From an uncultured delta proteobacterium (GTDB taxonomy: Bacteria; Myxococcota_A; Polyangia; Polyangiales; Polyangiaceae): 64,000 bases of DNA. Positions within the stretch are counted from its first letter, which is position 1. Every line of letters begins with the position of its first letter. Positions 59,473 to 64,000 of this stretch are shown piece by piece. Under the pieces are notes generated by a model. It was given only the letters and a program-made list of their open reading frames with translations, ran no database searches and was not told the DNA's origin. The position numbers and the translations under genes are program-made. Where the stretch lies: assembly GCA_963763745.1 (NCBI GenBank), contig CAVXQJ010000016.1:321029-385028 (forward strand). The letters run 5' to 3'.

Positions 59473-60924
59473 CTACTGCTTCTGCACCATGACGGTGCCG
59501 CTCACGATGAAGAGCTGCTGATTCACGGGCGTGATCGTGAGCACGGGACCTTCGACGCCGATGTCCACGATCGTGCGAACGGGCTCGCCGCGCGCGACCG
59601 ACCCAGTCACGTTGACGATCTCGTCGCCGATGCGCAGTTGGTCGGCGCGAATGACGCCGCGCGACGACTCGTAGATCGGATGATTCGGCGTGACGTGGAG
59701 GCGACCATTCACGAGGAGCAGGCTCTGCGGCTCGTGGCGATCGATCTTCGCGATGGGCGACGGGCGGAGCGCGTGCGTTCCCCAGTCGTACGTCATCACG
59801 ACGTCGCCCTCGTGGAGCGTGCCCATCGCGCGCTCGGTGCCGTCGCCCATGAGCACGGGCTCGCTCTCGGGGAAACATCCACCGCCGCCGCCGCAGCACG
59901 TCGAGCGCGTGCACGTGCGACCGCAGTTGTCGGTGCCGGTGCCGCAGCACTCCGAGCACGAGGTCAGGACCGACGTGCACCCGCACACGTTCGCGGTGCC
60001 GCCGCCGCCGCACGTGTCGGGCGAGACGCAGTTCGGGCCGCACGAAATGTTGCCGCCGCATCCGTTCGGCACGGTGCCGCAGTTCGCGCCCGTCGGGCAC
60101 GTGCCCGTCGGCGTGCATCCGCATTGATGCGCGGTGCCGCCGCCGCCGCACGTCTGCGGCGAGGTGCACGTGACGCACGGACCGACGTGCCGCCGCACCC
60201 GTTCGAGATCGCGTCGCACGAGGTTGCCCGCTTGCGCGCACGTCTTCGCGGTGCATCCGCATTGGTGCGCGGTGCCGCCGCCGCCGCACGTCTGCGGCGA
60301 GCTGCACGTCGTGCATGGACCGACGGTGCCGCCGCATCCGTTCGGGACGGCGTCGCATGGGTTGCCGATCTGCGAGTCACCGCATTTGTACGGCGTGCAT
60401 GGCGTCGCGCTGCATTTGCCGTTGTCGCAGTTCGGCGTGTTGCCGGAGCAACCGGCGCCGCAGTTGATGGTGTCGCTCGCGCAGCCCGTTGGGTACGTGC
60501 CGCACGCGGGATTGTTGTAGTCTGCACACGTTTTCGCGACGCATTTGCACGCGTTGTTCACGCACGAGTCCGTGCCGCATGCGCCGCAGTCGAGCGAATG
60601 ACCGCAGCCGTCGTCGACGGTGCCGCACGCCGCGTTGAGCTCGGTGCAGGTCTTCGGCGTGCACTCGCACTTCTGTCCGTTGCACGTGTAGTTCTGTGGG
60701 CATTGCGTGCCGCAGTCGAGCGTGTTGCCGCAGCCGTCGTTTTGAATTCCGCACGCGGCGAGCGATGCGCACGTCTGGCATTGCGTGGAGCCGTCGCCGG
60801 AGACGACGCCGCCGTCGGGGTTTTGGAATTTGTCGAAGTCGACGCCGAGCAGCGAGCTGCACCCGGTGAGAGCGAGCGCGAGCGCGAACCAAACGATCAC
60901 GTACTTCTGCATCGCCGCCTCCAT
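59473..60924 (-). CDS. Lipoprotein with myxobacterial Cys-rich repeats and a C-terminal Hint (Hedgehog/intein-like) domain
   Basis: Lipobox LALTGC-S. Repeated ...SPQTCGGGGTAHQCGCT... units. C-terminal CFPESEPVLMGDGTERAMGTLHEGDVVMTYDWG...TPNHPIY...GDEIVNVTGS. Confidence 0.7.
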   Translation of the reverse strand: MEAAMQKYVIVWFALALALTGCSSLLGVDFDKFQNPDGGVVSGDGSTQCQTCASLAACGIQNDGCGNTLDCGTQCPQNYTCNGQKCECTPKTCTELNAACGTVDDGCGHSLDCGACGTDSCVNNACKCVAKTCADYNNPACGTYPTGCASDTINCGAGCSGNTPNCDNGKCSATPCTPYKCGDSQIGNPCDAVPNGCGGTVGPCTTCSSPQTCGGGGTAHQCGCTAKTCAQAGNLVRRDLERVRRHVGPCVTCTSPQTCGGGGTAHQCGCTPTGTCPTGANCGTVPNGCGGNISCGPNCVSPDTCGGGGTANVCGCTSVLTSCSECCGTGTDNCGRTCTRSTCCGGGGGCFPESEPVLMGDGTERAMGTLHEGDVVMTYDWGTHALRPSPIAKIDRHEPQSLLLVNGRLHVTPNHPIYESSRGVIRADQLRIGDEIVNVTGSVARGEPVRTIVDIGVEGPVLTITPVNQQLFIVSGTVMVQKQ

Positions 60925-61856
60925 CAGAACGTCCCCGAAAAACTCGCGCCCACGAAGTCGGGACCGACGAGCGCCGTCGCATGCGCGCGCTTGCCGCCCA
61001 ATACGAAGAATACCGCACCCGTGGCGAGGAGCACACCTCCCGCGATGACCGTGATCGTCGAGAGCGGCGAAAGGACGCGTCCGTCGGCTGCGGCGTCGTA
61101 GCCCGCTTGATCCGCGCAGATGTTCGTCGTCGTGTTGCAGTGTGTCTTCACCGTGTTCGCGCGGTCGAGCGCCATGACGCCCGTGACCACGCCGGCCGCG
61201 AGGCTCGCGACGCCGATCGAGGCGACGACGATTCCAATCGGCCGAAGCGGCGACGACGACGAGACCGTCTCCGGCGCGCGGGTCGTCGTCGTTTCCACGA
61301 TGGTCGTGTGCTCTTGCTGCACGTCGCCGACTTGGAGCGTGAGATCGATCGTGTCGCCGTCTTTGATCGTGAGCGGGTAGGGGCGATCGACGCGCCCGGG
61401 CGACGTCACGACGAGCGACGTCGCGCCGGGATCGATCGGTGTCGTCTTTCCGAGATCGGCGAGCGCGACGCCATTGCGTTTGACGACGGTGCCGTCGGGC
61501 GTGCTCGGCGCGAGGTGGAGCGTGATGTGCGCGATGCGCGCGTCGAGATCATCGGCCTTCTTCGCGCAGAACGCGCGGCGCGGATCGTTCTTCGGGAAAC
61601 CCGACGCGGCGAGCCTGTAGTGCTCTTGCGCGGAGATGAGCTGCCCGACGTTCTTCTCGCAATCGGCGAGGTTGAGGAGCGTGCCGGGCGCGGGCTCGAG
61701 CCGCTCGCTCTCGGCGAACATCGGGCATGCGCGCGCGTAGTCGCCCGCCTCGACGAGCTTGCGCGCGTCTTTGAAGAGCTTGTCGGCGTCTTGCGCGTGC
61801 GCGGTCGCGGAGAGAAGGGCCACCGACGCCGCGGCCATGATGATCGTCCGGCGCAC
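60924..61856 (-). CDS. Kinase-associated TPR/PEGA-like membrane protein (paralog 4)
   Basis: Signal peptide, ACPMFAESERLEPAPGTLLNLADCE (shared with paralog 2: ACPKFAASYRLDPTQGTLFNLADCE), a beta domain, a TM helix and a ...FSGTF tail. Confidence 0.6.
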   Translation of the reverse strand: MRRTIIMAAASVALLSATAHAQDADKLFKDARKLVEAGDYARACPMFAESERLEPAPGTLLNLADCEKNVGQLISAQEHYRLAASGFPKNDPRRAFCAKKADDLDARIAHITLHLAPSTPDGTVVKRNGVALADLGKTTPIDPGATSLVVTSPGRVDRPYPLTIKDGDTIDLTLQVGDVQQEHTTIVETTTTRAPETVSSSSPLRPIGIVVASIGVASLAAGVVTGVMALDRANTVKTHCNTTTNICADQAGYDAAADGRVLSPLSTITVIAGGVLLATGAVFFVLGGKRAHATALVGPDFVGASFSGTF

Positions 61857-61857
61857 G

Positions 61858-63300
61858 TCAGAACCGTTCGTTCATCATCGATTGGTCGGTGGCCGGTTGT
61901 GCGGGCTTCGCGCCGTGCGTCGTCGTCGGCTTCGTGGTCGTCGTCGTGGTTTGGGGCTTCGCGGACGCAATCGTCGCGGTCGCGGGTTGCGCGGATGCGG
62001 TTGGCGGTGCCGTCATCGTCGCGGGCGGCGCCGCGCTGACGATCGGTGGCGGCGGCGGCTCGACGGGCTTGGGATCGTTTGTGACGATTTGCGTCGGCGG
62101 AGTCGGGGCGGCAGAGCGCTGCTTGAAGAAGAAGAACCCGCCCGTCGCGAGCCCGACGACGAGCGTCGTGGCAAAGACGCCGATCGCCACGCCCAGGTTG
62201 CTGCCCGACTTCGGCGGAACCGTGCCGCCCGCGACGAGCGGGCGCGACGTCGTGAGTCGCGCGTCGAGCGGGTCGAGCGGAAGCGTCACCGCCTTGTTCA
62301 TCACGGGGGCGGTGTCCGGCGAGAAGGTCATCGCGAGCGGTGACGACGCCGGAGACCCGAAATGCGACGATGCGAGCGGCGACGTCGCGCGCATGGAGTC
62401 GCCCGCGCGCTTGAGCGCGACCTGCATCGAGCGCGCGTCGGGCCAGCGCTGCTCGCGATCGAACGCGAGCGCGCGATCGACGACGCGACGACCGCGACGC
62501 GGGACGATCGGCGCGAGCGTCGCGAGCGACGGCGCGGCTCGGGTCGTCGCCGAGCAAGAGCTCTTCGTCTGACCGTGTCCGCCTTGCGTGAGCCGCTCGC
62601 GCCGGCAGAGCAGCGTGAACATGCGTCGCGCCGACGGCCCAGATGTCGCGTGCGCGCGTCGACCTCGTCCCACGCCCGCGCGCCTGCTCGGGCGGCATGA
62701 ACGCGGGCGTGCCGATCGCGTGCCCGTCTGCGTCGCGCGTCGATCCGCGCGAGCCGCAGCTCGCGCAGGCGCGCGATGCCGAAGTCGAGCACCTTCACCG
62801 CGCCGTCGCGCGTGAGGAAGATGTTCTCCGGCTTGATGTCGCGGTGGACGATGCCCTTGCGCGTGCGCGGCGGCGAGCACGTCGAGGAGCTTGTCGGCGA
62901 TGCGAGAGCGCCTCGCTCGAGCGGGCAGGCGCCGTCGCGCGGTCTGCCGCAGCGTCGTTCGAGCGTCTCGCCCTCGAGCAGCTCCATCACGAGGAACGCG
63001 GTCGCCGTCGTCGGCGCACGTCGTCGTCGAGCACGGGCACCGCGCCCGGGTGCTCGACCTTGTTCGCGACGTAGCCCTCGCGCAGGAAGCGCTCGCGCAC
63101 CTCGTCGACTCGAGCGCGAGCTCGCGCGTGGAGGATCTTGATCGCGCGCGCCGCTTGCCGTTGCGGTGCGTCGCCGCGTAGACCGCGGCCATGCCGCCGA
63201 CGCCGAGCAGCGCTTCGAGCCGCCACTTGCCCTTCAGCACCATGCCCACGCGCGTGCGGGCCCGATCTTGGAGCGTGCGGAGATGACTCACCGAACGCAA
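61858..63300 (-). pseudogene. Hanks-type Ser/Thr protein kinase broken by at least 6 frame changes
   Basis: The kinase motifs are scattered over three frames: GVGGMAAVYAATHRNGKR, AIKILHA...[64 protein letters not shown]...VKVLDFGIARL, MPPEQARG...DIWAVGAT, MFTLL, and then an intact Pro/Thr-rich TM tail ending NERF. Confidence 0.7.
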
Positions 63301-63321
63301 ATCATAGCACTCCCCCGCGCT

Positions 63322-64000
63322 TTACGGGCGCTCGAGTAGGCCTGCCGCGCCCATGCCACCGCCGATGCACATCGTCACGATCGCGCGCTTTTGTTTGCGG
63401 CGCCGGAGCTCGTGCGTGGCCGTCGCGACGAGCTTCGCGCCGGTGCAGCCGAGCGGGTGACCGAGCGCGATCGCGCCGCCGTTCACGTTGAGCTTCTCCG
63501 CGGGGATGCCCAATTCGCGTGCACAATACACGGATTGGCTCGCGAAGGCCTCGTTCATCTCGATGAGGTCGATGTCGGCGATCGTGAGGCCCGTTTGCGC
63601 GAGGAGCTTCTTCACCGCCGGCAGCGGCCCGATGCCCATGATCGCGGGATCGACGCCCACGGTCGCGAACGCGCGGAACGTGGCGAGCGGCTCGAGGCCG
63701 AGCGCTTTGGCTTTCTCTTCGCTCATGACGAGCGCGGCAGCGGCGCCGTCCGAGAGCGGCGACGCGTTGCCCGCGGTGACCGTCCCGGTTTGCGCGAACA
63801 CGGGCTTCAGCGCGGCGAGGCCCTCTTTCGTCGTGTCGGGACGAACGAGCTCGTCGCGCGTGAAATGGAAATCGACGTGCTTGTCGCCGTCGAACTTCAC
63901 GGCCTTCACGGGGACGATCTCTTCGTCGAACTTGCGGCTCTCGATCGCGGCGGACGCTTTCTTCTGGCTCGCGAGCGCGAAGTCGTCTTGCTGCTCGCGC
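63322..64000 (-). CDS. Acetyl-CoA C-acetyltransferase (thiolase), C-terminal part. The N-terminus lies beyond the window end.
   Basis: [18 protein letters not shown] and [12 protein letters not shown] are the thiolase C-terminal active-site motifs. The frame stays open to position 64000. Confidence 0.85.
   Translation of the reverse strand, partial: REQQDDFALASQKKASAAIESRKFDEEIVPVKAVKFDGDKHVDFHFTRDELVRPDTTKEGLAALKPVFAQTGTVTAGNASPLSDGAAAALVMSEEKAKALGLEPLATFRAFATVGVDPAIMGIGPLPAVKKLLAQTGLTIADIDLIEMNEAFASQSVYCARELGIPAEKLNVNGGAIALGHPLGCTGAKLVATATHELRRRKQKRAIVTMCIGGGMGAAGLLERP

Overview
This is a roughly 70 % GC window that most likely comes from a myxobacterium (order Myxococcales). The evidence for that is four proteins ending in a MYXO-CTERM-type tail (G-C motif, hydrophobic helix, Arg-rich end), many Hanks-type Ser/Thr kinases, Cys-rich myxo repeats and a Hint domain. 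At this GC content the six-frame ORF track is full of spurious Arg/Ala/Pro-rich ORFs, and on both strands. I accepted a gene only where the translation had a protein-like composition with Lys, Glu, Ile, Phe, Tyr and Met, or recognisable motifs.

The centrepiece is a co-directional respiratory supercluster at about 21.9-38.8 kb on the + strand:
- ctaB (heme O synthase, frameshifted);
- actABCDEF (Alternative Complex III) plus a possible small ActG-like gene;
- sco1;
- coxB, coxA, coxC and coxD (a caa3-type cytochrome c oxidase);
- a lipoprotein and a cytochrome c.
Most junctions in this cluster are ATGA or GTGA start/stop overlaps.

The flanks are signalling-rich:
- a PP2C phosphatase divergent from an XRE regulator;
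- five Ser/Thr kinase genes plus one pseudokinase, with a TPR/PEGA-like membrane protein family downstream of four of them;
- a sensor histidine kinase translationally coupled to a kinase-AAA-TPR giant;
- an OmpR-family response regulator (frameshifted), a PilZ protein, a TRAP solute-binding protein, three clustered DUF2330-like MYXO-CTERM paralogs, a beta-propeller/PAP2-haloperoxidase-like lipoprotein, and a Cys-rich-repeat/Hint lipoprotein.

A striking technical and biological point is that more than 30 frame disruptions are visible. They are indel-only and strongly clustered at 49.7-54.4 kb and 61.9-63.3 kb, plus single events in nadA, ctaB, actC, an outer-membrane protein gene and a response regulator gene. 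Genes of 3-4 kb elsewhere are intact. This fits a locally poor consensus from sequencing or assembly error, or genuine decay, and I cannot tell which from the sequence alone.

Three C-terminally truncated genes touch the window edges. I found no rRNA, tRNA, CRISPR array or recognisable mobile element.
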